Shown here one piece after another: positions 12,101 through 23,900 of a stretch of DNA of 64,000 nt. Origin of the DNA: Mizuhopecten yessoensis (Eukaryota); assembly GCF_002113885.1 (NCBI RefSeq), contig NW_018408922.1, positions 382,462 to 446,461 of the forward strand, in the 5' to 3' direction. The stretch's first letter is position 1, and each line of letters opens with the position of its first letter. The notes beneath the pieces were generated by a model. That model had not been told where the DNA came from, ran no database searches, and saw only the letters and a list, made by a program, of their open reading frames with translations. Made by a program: the position numbers and the translations under genes.

Positions 12101-15100
12101 TGTACATGCCAAAGTTCGCACTCGTTAAGTAAGGTATGGGTACAATGCTAATGTACATGCATGGACTAGGTGCACGTAATAGGAATGTTACAAACTTTAC
12201 ATGACTTTTAAACACACCTTTTTAGAACTGACAAGAGATAAATTGGCCCAAGTCATAATTTAGCCAGAAGACATCGTTAAACGGTATATATTCCCAATGC
12301 ATTTTACTTGTGGCAATTATATAATGGTTAAAGATATTTCAAAAGAAAGCATTGAACATAGTTTAACATGCTTCTTAAAATAGATTTCAACACTGTGGAT
12401 GTAAAGGGGAAAAGAGTCATGGCGGGTTGCTATGCCTATTTCCCCAACGCTAGTGCGCGCATTCAACCGTGCACTGTTATGAAGCGTTCTCGGGTATTTA
12501 ATTGTATACAGGTAGCTCTATCCGTTGGAACCTCGTGTCTAAGAATAGATTATTGTAAACAGACGAATTTAAGGCCATTGCTATTAATACATGCGTTTCA
12601 CGATAAAGACTCGACAAAATGAAACACAAGATCGTACAACCATTACCAACGAGTTTAAAAGGATTTGATTTTCATAACTACTGCCTACGTCATGCCGTTA
12701 TCGGTTTTTCTTAAAAAGTGCACATCTTGATTTTGTTCTTCCTGCACCTTGGAATGGCAAAATAACATATAGTTTTCGAATAGCATGTCTTACACGTGTA
12801 TTGCGCTCCTTACTTTGTGCTGTAGTCTTCCTGCATTTAAAACACATGATACTGTCCTCGACGATGAATTTTCCCGCATGTTCGGTAATATCTTTGCGAT
12901 AAAACAGTTCATTTTTTGTGCTTTGTCTTTTTTTATTCTGTCACATCAATCTCATATATTGTTTACCTCGGCATCATTTGTTTGTGTTAAAATAATAATT
13001 AGAAATACTAGTGCCAATTGGAGGGTTAAACAATTCATAAATATTTAAAATGATGTCGTATCTACAAAGCGTAGCTGTACTGTACACGCGTACAGGAATT
13101 TGTTGACATGATTCAATAGAAGAAAAATCAATATGTATGTTATTAAAATATCAATAAAATGTTTCATTGATTTGAAAAATATCTATCACTTAATTAAGGA
13201 AAATGATCGCATGCCTAAATTTAAAAAAAAAAAAGTACATCTGAAAGTGGATTCGACCCTACATCGGTCACTTCTTCTGGTCACAAGCTAACTGTGGGGT
13301 TTTTTCTTGAGAATGTATCAAGCATTTATTGGTCCAGTCATAGGACCCGGGCTTTGGGGCCCCCGAAGTTCCTCACAATGCATATAACTGTATTTTCAAT
13401 CAATAAAAAATTATCACAGATAGTACATGCGTTTAAAATATAGATTTATCACTTGACTCAGTTGTTTTAAGTAATATCAGAACAATTAACACTATATAAA
13501 ATCAATTAAAAAGAACAATACAAGCACACATTTACTCCAAAATCTAAAACACAATTTGAACATCACCATCTCTCAACAAAATAACGTCATTGTTCTTAGT
13601 GAAATATTTGGCAAGCTAACTGTGTTACACATTAGGCTACATCGGACATAGACGAATATGGAACATCTGTCGCAGTTTTGAGAAACTTGATCAACCCTGT
13701 TTTTCAATATTTTGAGCACTTTTCCACATGATTTGTTTTTGCATATTACATCACGGAATCAAAAAGTTCATTCAAAAGTTGGTCCTCGGATTGGAAAGTA
13801 TTGAAAGTATTTTTTTAAGTCTGGGAAACCCCGTCATTTTCATAGATATAATGAATATGCCTATATTTGCAGTATTATATTAACAATACCGATTATCTCA
13901 ACAGTTCAAAAATTCATACCCAATTGGTTTTATATCTATTCCATGCATTTTTGCTATTAAAAATTATTTACTCATCAACATTTTTTTCAGTTTTCAAAAA
14001 TGCCGACTTAGGGAAATACGGGCAGTTTTCCGCCATAGCTCTTTGAACAGTTTATGCAAAGCAACGATTTTAGATGTCTGAATGTATTACATGATGAATA
14101 CAATGCTTGACACATAGTCACTGACTGTGGCCATGAAAAATAAAAAATATCGAGATATAAGATTTCATAAAAAGATTATTTGTGATAATCTCCTTAGTTG
14201 AAAAATATTAACAATATGTACAAATGATATTAACTTATTATCGGTATCCAAATTCGTCAAGCCATATGCTTATGATATGACCCCTTTACAGGTATGTCTC
14301 ACATGTATTATCAAGTTATGTAAATGAAAAAGATTTTTTTTTATGAAAACACCATGATTTATTGCTTTTTAGGAGGAATTCGTGTTTTGTGAATATATAA
14401 TATATGGCTCATACTGCATGGGACAGATATTTTTTTAGGTGACGTATTCTAAATAAAAAATGGCAGATTTATTCCTAGGTGAAAATTATAGCGCTCTCTC
14501 ATTACAGTAATAAATAGTACCGTGGGCCATTAAGCAATTCAAGTTGATACAAAAACCTAGAGCGGACTTTGGTCAGAGAAGATGATTTATCTTGTAAACA
14601 TCTACGTATTTACTTAATGACATGGCATAAGTGGATTTATTTATTTGCGGTTTTGCATTCCTATTGACGGTCACGATTATAAGTTTCGTTTGAACTTGAA
14701 ATCCAGTTTAACATTTACACTTATACGCTATTCCAATGTATCCATTGAAATTATGACAATAATAAATACTCATAAAAGTTATATGAATTTATGACTACAT
14801 CTCTTGAAAAACGATCTCTAATAACTGAGTATATATTTTAAATTATCCCACATGACCATAGTACTGCTTTAAACTAGCATTAGGTCAATACATTTTTAAT
14901 CTGAGTAAGTCCTCCATTTATGAATATAAAATTATTTTACACAATATAAGCAAACGTTATTGCAGGTTTTTTCTTCTCCTTACTGACAGCTTACTGTAGA
15001 GAGGATGAAAAGTTATTATTTTACGGATACTGTTATCGAGACAAATTGATTCTTAAGTTCAAATGGAATATATCAATAGTTCGTTGGAGTGTGAAATATG

Positions 15101-15406
15101 ATTTTACATTGTAGTAGCCATATATTGTGATAATATTGTGTAAGATAACGAAATAACGCCTAGCATTAAGCAAGTCATTAGTTAAAAACGATGCTAATCA
15201 CAACATGTCAGCTGGTTTGGGTTTATCTTTAAAATCCTTATGTACGTCAGTCTCTCTATGCATCGTGTGAATGTAAGATGACTGGTATATCAAAAGAGAA
15301 CTTAATTCATTATCGATATCAGTTTTCGCTACAATGTAAACATTTCATTTAATCAATATAAAGTTATTAAATCCATAAAATAATTACTTTGTCATTTACT
15401 TACCAT
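9106..15406 (-). CDS. CaM: Calmodulin (near-canonical paralogue), 150 aa; join complement(15404..15406,11592..11622,10181..10324,9651..9893,9106..9137)
   Basis: [69 protein letters not shown]...[21 protein letters not shown]. About 17 differences from vertebrate CaM by eye. Exon sizes 3/31/144/243/32. Confidence 0.92.
9651..9893 (-). CDS. CaM: Calmodulin gene B, coding exon 4
   Basis: [18 protein letters not shown]...DGDGQVNYE; AAG acceptor and G|GTTGGT donor. Confidence 0.93.
10181..10324 (-). CDS. CaM: Calmodulin gene B, coding exon 3
   Basis: 144 nt, [11 protein letters not shown]...INEVDED; TAG acceptor and GTACGT donor. Confidence 0.93.
11592..11622 (-). CDS. CaM: Calmodulin gene B, coding exon 2 ([10 protein letters not shown])
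   Basis: 31-nt exon; TTTTACAG acceptor and GTAAAT donor. Confidence 0.92.
15404..15406 (-). CDS. CaM: Calmodulin gene B, ATG-only first coding exon
   Basis: caacaacaATG|GTAAGT with a consensus donor. Confidence 0.75.
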
Positions 15407-18400
15407 TGTTGTTGAGAATGCGTATGTTCCAAGCTGTTTTTTCTAGTCGGAATAACGCGTTATATTAACGTTCGAATGTTTGTAGGAAAGAATTAATAAT
15501 TCAGAACGTATGATTGGAAAACGCCTTGACCATGACGTGTTTGGTATCTTGTTTTACCTGTCAGCCACTGCGAATGAGATTCAGTGGCAGAATACGACGA
15601 TGACTATCAGCGATTCTGTTAGACTACCAAAACTGCAATGCGATTAATATTACATGTAACAGATGGAGACAACGCTATTATAGCTATATATCCCTTTTTA
15701 ACTCTTAATACTATTATACATCATGCACACGAAACAAAAGCAAAAACGTCATAATCAACCACACAGATAATATACATATCTAATTTCGTTGCAAACATGA
15801 TATTTCAGAAACATTTAATGAATATTTACATTCCTGGTAAAAGTAATACATGTACATTATATAACGACTACCCATGAGAAGATCGGATGTTGTATTGGAC
15901 ACTTTATATATGACATCCACAATATGTCATCTATCTAAGTGTCGCATTGCGACAAAATTCCAATAACAACCAATATTGTTACACTTCCTCTCTTGGTAGT
16001 AAGAATACAGGTGTTATTTTGAACAACTCGCCTTGCTTTAATCGCCATGCACTCTTTCCGCTCGCTTTTCTCACTTAAAGAACGTAAACTTATATCGTTC
16101 CCTGAAGTAATTATGTACCTGTATAGCTATAACAGGGGGACATCTATGGACCACGTGCGTTTCTTCAGCTTCTTCAGTTTACACACATATTAGGATCCCC
16201 TTCTCGCTTTCATCCGCGCTACAAAAATATTAATTTATTAATAAAAGATTCTAATTCATATGTTTGTTAACATATTTTTATCAAATATCTAAAGAGGGAA
16301 GTAGAGTATTCTAGCTAGGGTTAAAAATTAAGGCTTTCGGGCTATCACTTGTGTCATATTTCATTCTAATTCAAACTCTCCGTTTCCTTTTTTGGGATAA
16401 TGATATACAACTAGATGCATTGTGCTTTGTCGCAATGCGCTATCCAACGGACACGTGTCAAATCCTATTATATATTACACAGTGGTGAATTACTGCTCTG
16501 GTCCTACGCAGCATGCAAACAGATCACATAAATTTATATCCAAATCACGGAACATCATATAAAGAGCCGTGATCTAATACATGTGAAAAACATGGTGAAG
16601 GCTTGCGGTTCTGGTGTTTTATGTAAGACCTAGTCGGTATTATTTTACAATACAACTAAATGTTAATGGGCAAAAATTCACACACGCCGACTTGTATATT
16701 GATACATTGTGTTTAAAGATATCATCGAAGGTAACTACGTGTTTGTCTGAAGAAGATTTTCACATAATATGTAAATTCGCAACCTTTCCCCTCGCGATTT
16801 AACGTAAACAAAAAAGATCTCTCGTCAAAATAAAAATATTTACAGTAAAATGACAGGATGCGTTACAAGTTTTTTTTATACAATTAGTTGTGTAGTTCAA
16901 GCAAGCGTAGCATCATATGCATCATTTGTAAACATGAAACATATATTCTATTTAATACATGCACTGTTGTATAAAACACAAGGGACTGCGTTTCAACGTA
17001 ACAGGATTTATCAGTAATCTGAAAGTATGCATCTTCATAAACATCTGTACAGTTGATGAAATGTATTCACACGCCGACAAATATCTTCAATAAGATTCGT
17101 CCGATTGGAAATATATAAAATCGAAATTTTACTTTATACACAAATTATATACGTTTTAAACGTGTCGCAACGTTTCGTGACCGGTCATCCCTACATTGTT
17201 TGTGTATTACGTAAAACTTTGATATTACGTTGATAAATAGTTCTGTATTCAGTTGTTACGGCCATGACGTCAAAACAGTGTGACGTCGAATTGCAACACG
17301 TCTCTTATGTGAAAATCTGTTTAAAGGTAATACGCGCATGAATTCTTGGTAATGTGAAAATACTTTAAGGACCCTGAATTCGTTTCTTTTCTGTATTGGA
17401 CTTACGAGACTCATCACAAAGGCTGCTGTTCAGCTTTGCAAAGTCAGTCTAAATAAGAAACTTCCAGACTCGTTTAAACAATATCATATAAGAAACTCAT
17501 ACAAACTCCTAAATACAAAAAAAATATTTAGGCATCACAAATGGAAATTGATATCTACACATGACGTGTAACAAAACACACAGAGTTTAGAAAATTTGCA
17601 GTAAAAGCATGGTCATTTAATTGGCTTACGCCAAACGCTTATATGAATATAAAAAAAACATACACTCAAATACAATTTAGAACAACATCCTTTCGAAACA
17701 AATATTTTTATTTTAACTGCAGAAGCCTTGGATAAAATTATGAATACGATGTTTGTGTTCCCATCATCCCGTGTAATACCATTATTCCAATCGCCGTGTA
17801 TCTATGCGTTTCGCTGTACATCTATTCCTCTCGCTGTGTTTCTATTCCATTCGTCCTGTACTCTTTTCGTTGTGTACAATTGGGGAAAATATACATAGGA
17901 CGGGAAAGTTTTGGCGATAGCATGGGCAATGTCGAACCCTGTTTTCACGAAGCCGACTATAGAGAATATTCTGTTTATTTACGTCTACGACAAAACCACG
18001 TCTTACTACATTTACACGAGTTTCATATGATGCCAAATTTGCGCAAAGGATAATAACATGTCGCATGATGTTAGAACAATTGATATGACGTCACAAATTC
18101 AAAGATGGCAGTGCACCATCTATCTATACATGAACATAGTTATATTGTGTGCCTTCTAATCAGCCAGAAAAGCCCCGGAACAATATATTGGCAATATATT
18201 ATCATAAACTACCAGTAGAGTGATCTTAATCTTATTTCCCTTTCACGTGAAAGAATTAAGATTTTTACACTTGTTTTCTAACTGTGATATGAAACGAAAT
18301 CTGTTTAAAAATACATATCAATTAATATCGACTTATATGGCGATATATAGAACCAGTGCAATGTTTCATTACATTGGACCCATTTAAAAAACGTCATTTG

Positions 18401-18485
18401 AACGAGTAAACATCTTCCCCGGCGTATTCCTTGTTTCTGATTATAAGAGTTCCCATGATTCCACAATTAAACCACTGGATGAATG

Positions 18486-19442
18486 TTACAACTTTATAGA
18501 TAGGAAATAACAATCATTTAACCTCTCGTTGTCAACGTTGTTGCCTCCAAATAAAAACATTCCGTCTCGGCCATTCCAATTACAGGGCGAAACATTCATC
18601 CAACCTCTTGCTTCCGGTGTTTCGCTTGCGCATGTCATCAACTCCCATCCGGTTTTGCTAACAGTGTTCATTACATAACCGTCTTTAGAAAACCCTCCGG
18701 CTCCTGAATGTCCCAAGTCGGAGGGATCTACCTCCCCGAACCAAACAAGGATAAAAGTAGATATTGAGGTGATTCCAAATACAGACCTTGGAGGAAGTTC
18801 TTTGTCGGTCATCAGTCTAGACCATGTCTTGTTAACGGTGTCGTACCTATGGACGTCGTTCATCTCTCGGCCTGCAAAACCTCCGACGACAAACACATCA
18901 TTCCCAACAGCAATCAGACCTGCCCCACCTCGTCCTTCAATGTCGTCATTGGTTGGTTGTTTCTCCCATGTGTTGGTGGCTATATCATACGAATGGAAGT
19001 CGTTCATGCGGCCTTCTACTCCACAACCACCAAACACGTAAAGACGACCTGCATTTGCTGTCATGGCATGGAAGCTTCTAGCTGCAGGTACGTCACCAGA
19101 GGTTTTCAAAAGAGACCACACGTTGTTGCTGGTGTCAAAGGCATACAGGTCATTGAGACTACCCTCCCCCATAGTGATTCCGGTTCTTCCTCCAAACACG
19201 TACATCACGTGACCCACTGCGGCGGCGCTGTGGGCGTTAAGCGGTATTGGGACATCGCCTGACGTGGTCAGTTCTGACCACGTCTTCGTGTCCATGTTCA
19301 GGCAGTGGACAATGTTACTGATCGGTACCCTTGGAGTGTTTTCACCGCCAAATACAAACGCCTTTCTCCCGATCACCACGGTTGAATGACTGCTTCTACC
19401 AAGGGGCACTTCCCCCTTAGCTTCTATTTTGATCCATTCGCA
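18486..19442 (-). CDS. Kelch/nitrile-specifier-like gene, main coding exon
   Basis: Uninterrupted 957-nt exon inside ORF 18486..19451. Confidence 0.92.
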   Translation of the reverse strand, partial: CEWIKIEAKGEVPLGRSSHSTVVIGRKAFVFGGENTPRVPISNIVHCLNMDTKTWSELTTSGDVPIPLNAHSAAAVGHVMYVFGGRTGITMGEGSLNDLYAFDTSNNVWSLLKTSGDVPAARSFHAMTANAGRLYVFGGCGVEGRMNDFHSYDIATNTWEKQPTNDDIEGRGGAGLIAVGNDVFVVGGFAGREMNDVHRYDTVNKTWSRLMTDKELPPRSVFGITSISTFILVWFGEVDPSDLGHSGAGGFSKDGYVMNTVSKTGWELMTCASETPEARGWMNVSPCNWNGRDGMFLFGGNNVDNERLNDCYFLSIKL

Positions 19443-21038
19443 CTGAAACACAAATCAGGTAGATGTTTATGCATTTATCAAGTTCTATAACAATAAATAA
19501 TTATATTTAAAGCAATGAAAATGGAGAGGGAACATATATATGATATCAATACAGTTAGAGATTCCTGCAATGCCTCAATTATCAAAAGGCACAACAACAT
19601 CAATTAACAAGTAATGGAGAACAAGTTCAATCAACGATATGCCAGCGGACACAGACCTTACAGATCTATGCTCTACCGCTAATCTATAGAGAAATCCATA
19701 CAAGCCAAACATGGGGAACGTTAACACTCGAAACGAAGCGCGTCTCTAACCAATAACAGAATCCATTATTGCTTCTGTAAATTGACAAAGCAACATTGAT
19801 TGAGAACATTATCAAAATAATATCTTAAAACATATTAATAGATTGCTGTTCATTCAAGGTAGATATATTCCCTAGGTCAATACAGAGATTACTTTTATTA
19901 GTCTTTGAAATGACACTAGGTTCTGTTTTTCTGAAATTTAAATTACATAGTGCACGTTCGTCGGGACGGTATCACAAATTGCCATCATATTGACGAAATG
20001 TAATCCCAACAACAAACAGATTATACATACAGATCAAGATTCAATGTAATGTTTGTAGTTTTTGGGTATTGACGGGCAAAATCAATTCCTAAAAAGGAAG
20101 AGTAGCTAAGATAAAGAAATGAAAAGATGGTGGTTCATTGTTTCCATTCTACAGTAGGCTGGAAACGTCTGAACACAACATACTTCCTGATATGATGGGC
20201 CAATGGCCTAAAGTTCGAATAAGACTTGATATACGTTACACACGTCAGTGCTATGCCGGATAATGGAAGGGTGGGTGTGTTTTCAGTTTAAAGCATGAGT
20301 AATCACCAGTATTTCCTCAGGATAATATTTTCGTACTATTTCGCGATCTATAAGAAACGATCACAAACTCAAATATATCTTGAAATCATTTATTCCGTCA
20401 CAATTAAGGGGAAAATACATCATGATTTGTCGTTCCTTTTGCTTTTTTAAATCCATGAAAAATAAATGTTTCGAAGAGAACAAGCATCCAAAGTGTATGC
20501 TCGCGAAAAGTACTTGATTTGCAGTATATTAGTGTCTTGGGGTTATTATATAATATCACTGCAGTAGCGATTTACGACAACTTTTACTATGTATAAGCGC
20601 GTAGCGTTTACTACATGATAAGCTCGTATAGGCGCGTTTTGGCTTATCCACTGTTCCATAGAAATCGTTCTACACAGTGTACACATGAATTTAACCGACA
20701 ATATCTTATCGTAGTTTCGCATTTTTTTATGTGTACCTGATGCTGATGTTAGCTGCCCCCATGTGTGATGACTGACTCATAAATATACCTATTCTGAAAC
20801 AACAATCCCTAGATACTGCACGTGCAATGCGGAAGGTGCACGTTGATCATGCTATCGTCACACTGAAAAAAATGTTAACTTACCACAAAAGTTCATGGCA
20901 TATCGTATAGTTTAAAATCCGGAATTGCTACCTGACAAGTTAGCTTATAGGTGAAAATAATAAGCCTTACTTTACACGGTAGTACTTTAAAAAACACAAT
21001 TGACTCTTGTTACAGAATATATTATTAATTACCTCCAT
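18486..21038 (-). CDS. Kelch-repeat beta-propeller, nitrile-specifier-protein-like, 320 aa; join complement(21033..21038,18486..19442)
   Basis: Kelch blades with GG motifs (RSSH..FGGE, FGGR, RSFH..FGG, GRGG..VGGF, RSVF..GEVDPSDLGH, RGW..FGGN..NERLND) match the plant specifier-protein family. ATGGAG|GTAATT splices in phase 0 to TTTCAG|TGC. Confidence 0.88.
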
Positions 21039-22607
21039 GACTGCGAGCTGACGACAACAGCGTTCGTGGATGTCAAGGTCGTTGATACTTATCAGCAACG
21101 ACAGGGTACAAGTACGGTGACCAAGATATGACAGATGTTATCCGACTCGCTAGCTTGCCTCGTGTTTTGTTGATGTACATTGTATCTAAACATTTCCTTC
21201 CATTTTAATGAACAAAATCCAGTTACTTTCAGTGGTCTGTCCGACATACTTTTTTAATATATTTTTAAGACTTCTTATGTCCATGTTTTGCATCAAACTT
21301 TAGTATTTAGTCTTGCGTGACAATGATTTAAAGATATTCGTGACACAAAGAGTCGTTATCAGATGATAACAAGTATATGTATTCCAACGTATATATACAT
21401 ACACGGCCATAAACTGAACGATAAACAGCAGGAGTGTTCGTCATGTGTGACTTATACTTGTACCCGGATCTAGATCTGAATACAGTTTATGAATTAAATT
21501 GAGGAGAGGAGGAACGTTCGCCCCTCCAGAATACCGAAGGGAAATCGCATTGAAAACCCCCCAAAAAACTATAACTAAATGTCAACAAAGGGCAGATTTA
21601 CACGGAAATCAATAAAAAAAAATACAAATTCTGGAATTGCGAGCGTTATTCGTCGGGTCAAATCAAAGTGATGCAACAGCGGTGAGAACTGGGGGCCTTG
21701 ACAGTAAAACCCACGAAACACAATAATGATTGTTTTAATATATTCCTAATACCTGTATATATACCGATATCGACCATAAAACTAGTCCGATATAACTAGC
21801 TCCTTTAAAAAAGAAGATGGGGTATCTCCGACCATCGAAATTTAAAAGGATATTGTTATTTCGGACCATCATAAAACTTGCGCAACCGCGATCCTAATCA
21901 ACCGGAACCTGCAAGATTGTCCGTCAGCATTCTACTGCTGTCATGGAAATCGTAGTATTTCGGGCAAACCCTTTAATATCGAATCAACTGAGAAATGTAA
22001 TATCGTCGGGCTATTATAACCAAGAAATGGTAAGCTCACGATAAGAAAATGAAATCGTCACGTATTTCATGTTTTAAAGAAAATCTGAAGGTAATTTAAG
22101 CGGCTGATGTGAATGGGTATGTAGTATCCTGCATTTCAAGTGCACCAGGGTAAATGCGATCAAAACGGTCGATGAAGCTCTTGTTATTGAAAGAATACAC
22201 ATCGTCGTAACACCACAAATGAAAGTCAAAGACCGTGCCATCGAAATCCAACAAAAAATTGTCATTTATTAGGAATTCAATCTTTCGAGAACAAAATTTA
22301 TAACGCCGTTTACATTTTTTTTAAAAGAACGCTCCATATTGAGACAAAAAAAAAAGCGTTCCATTCACTTTTATATGAGGTATGGTAGTGTTCAGTGAAC
22401 ACCAAATATTAATATTTTATGTAAGGATATTCAAGATTGTCCATATTTTTTCATTTTTTTTCCAAAAATCTTCGTTCGATTAATTCCACTTCTGTAGTGA
22501 TTTAATGATAATAAGAATAGTAGCCAGAAGTCTGTATATTGGTTTTGTTGAGTAACTAGAAGAGCTAGCGATAAGCGTTGTTTATAAGAATTCTTGTGAA
22601 GATATGA

Positions 22608-23678
22608 AAACAAGAGGCCCAGAGGGCCTGGGCCTCTTTCACTCACCTCGATATTTAAGCAGTCAAAGCAAATTATTCTCATTGAATATATACTGTACTA
22701 CAAATATTTCAATCGCAAACATTGTCAGCTCAATCCGTTGAAGCTACAAGCCAAATATTATTATGATTCTATGCTTTTCAGTTCTTCAGAAGAGGTTGTT
22801 TGAAGTGTTTGAAGTAGCTCGAAGTCATTTTCCTTCTCAAACTTTATTGGCTCTATCCCAAGCAGCTACCAGCCAAATCTTATTAATCCATGCGTTTTAG
22901 TTCTTCAGAAAAAGTCGTTTGAAGTGTTGTTGACCTCGGTGTTGACATTTAAAGTAGGTTGAGGTTAATTTCATTCGCATACTTTGATGAGCTCTATCCC
23001 AAGAAGCCACCTGCAAAATCAGAAGAAGTCCTTTGTTGTTTTTGACATATTTGACCCCTGTGACCTTGAAAGTAGGTCGGCGTCATTTTCATTCACAAAC
23101 TTCATCGACCTCAATCCAAAAAAGATACCAGCCAGATATTAAGATTCTATACCTTTTATTTCTTCAGAAAAAGTCGTTTGAAGTGTTTCACATATTTGAC
23201 CAAGTGACCTTGATAGAAAGTCAAGGTAATTTTCACTCGCTGACTTTGTCGGGCTCTTACGAATGCAGCTTTAAACCAAATATCATGAATCTAGGCCTGT
23301 CCATTATTCGGAAGAAGTTGTTTGATGTGTTTGACATATTTGACCCATATGACCTTGAAAGTACGTCAAGGTTATTTTCGTTCTGAAACTCTATTGGGCT
23401 CGACCAAAAGAAGCTACCAGTCAAATATTAAGACTCCAGAACTTTCAGTTCTTCAGGAGAAGTCGTTTAAAGTGTTTTACATATTTGACCCCTGTGACCT
23501 TGAAAGTAGGTCAAGGTAATTTTTGTTCTCAAACTGTTTGGCTCTTACCAACGAAGCTTTCAGCCAAATATCATGATTCTAGGCCTGTCCATTCTTCAGA
23601 AGAAGTCTTTTCAAGGAAAGGTTGATAGAGGACGGACGGACGGACGGAGGACAGACGCCGGACAGGCAAGCTAAAAAA
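22608..23678 (+). mobile_element. Helentron-associated non-autonomous element (HINE-like) with internal ~145-bp tandem repeats
   Basis: AACAAGAGGCCC..CTCACCT start, TGACCTTGAAAGTAGGTCAAGG repeats, (GACG)n microsatellite, AGCTAAAAA end. Confidence 0.75.
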
Positions 23679-23699
23679 TTGTAATATAGAAGCATTTCT

Positions 23700-23900
23700 T
23701 CTTTTGAAAAGTATTGCATCTTTGGTTATCAAGCAAGTCTGGTTATTTGGGCAAAAAGTATACAAAATAGCGGATGCCCTGTCTGCCGACACAACCACAT
23801 ACTTATCATGCATATCGTTGACTGTGGTTTGGACATTGGAGTCAGGAAATACAGACATGTATACTGGGATCCTGGGTATATTGCATTATAGACGAAATCG
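23700..23900 (-). mobile_element. Penelope-like retroelement fragment
   Basis: MHDKYVVVSADRAS resembles the N-terminal ADK(A/G) motif of Penelope-type RTs. Confidence 0.45.

Noticed and set aside
18769-19262. Plus-strand ORFs overlapping the kelch gene (and similar ones over CaM and BTBD7 exons)
   Set aside because: Antisense shadows of real exons.
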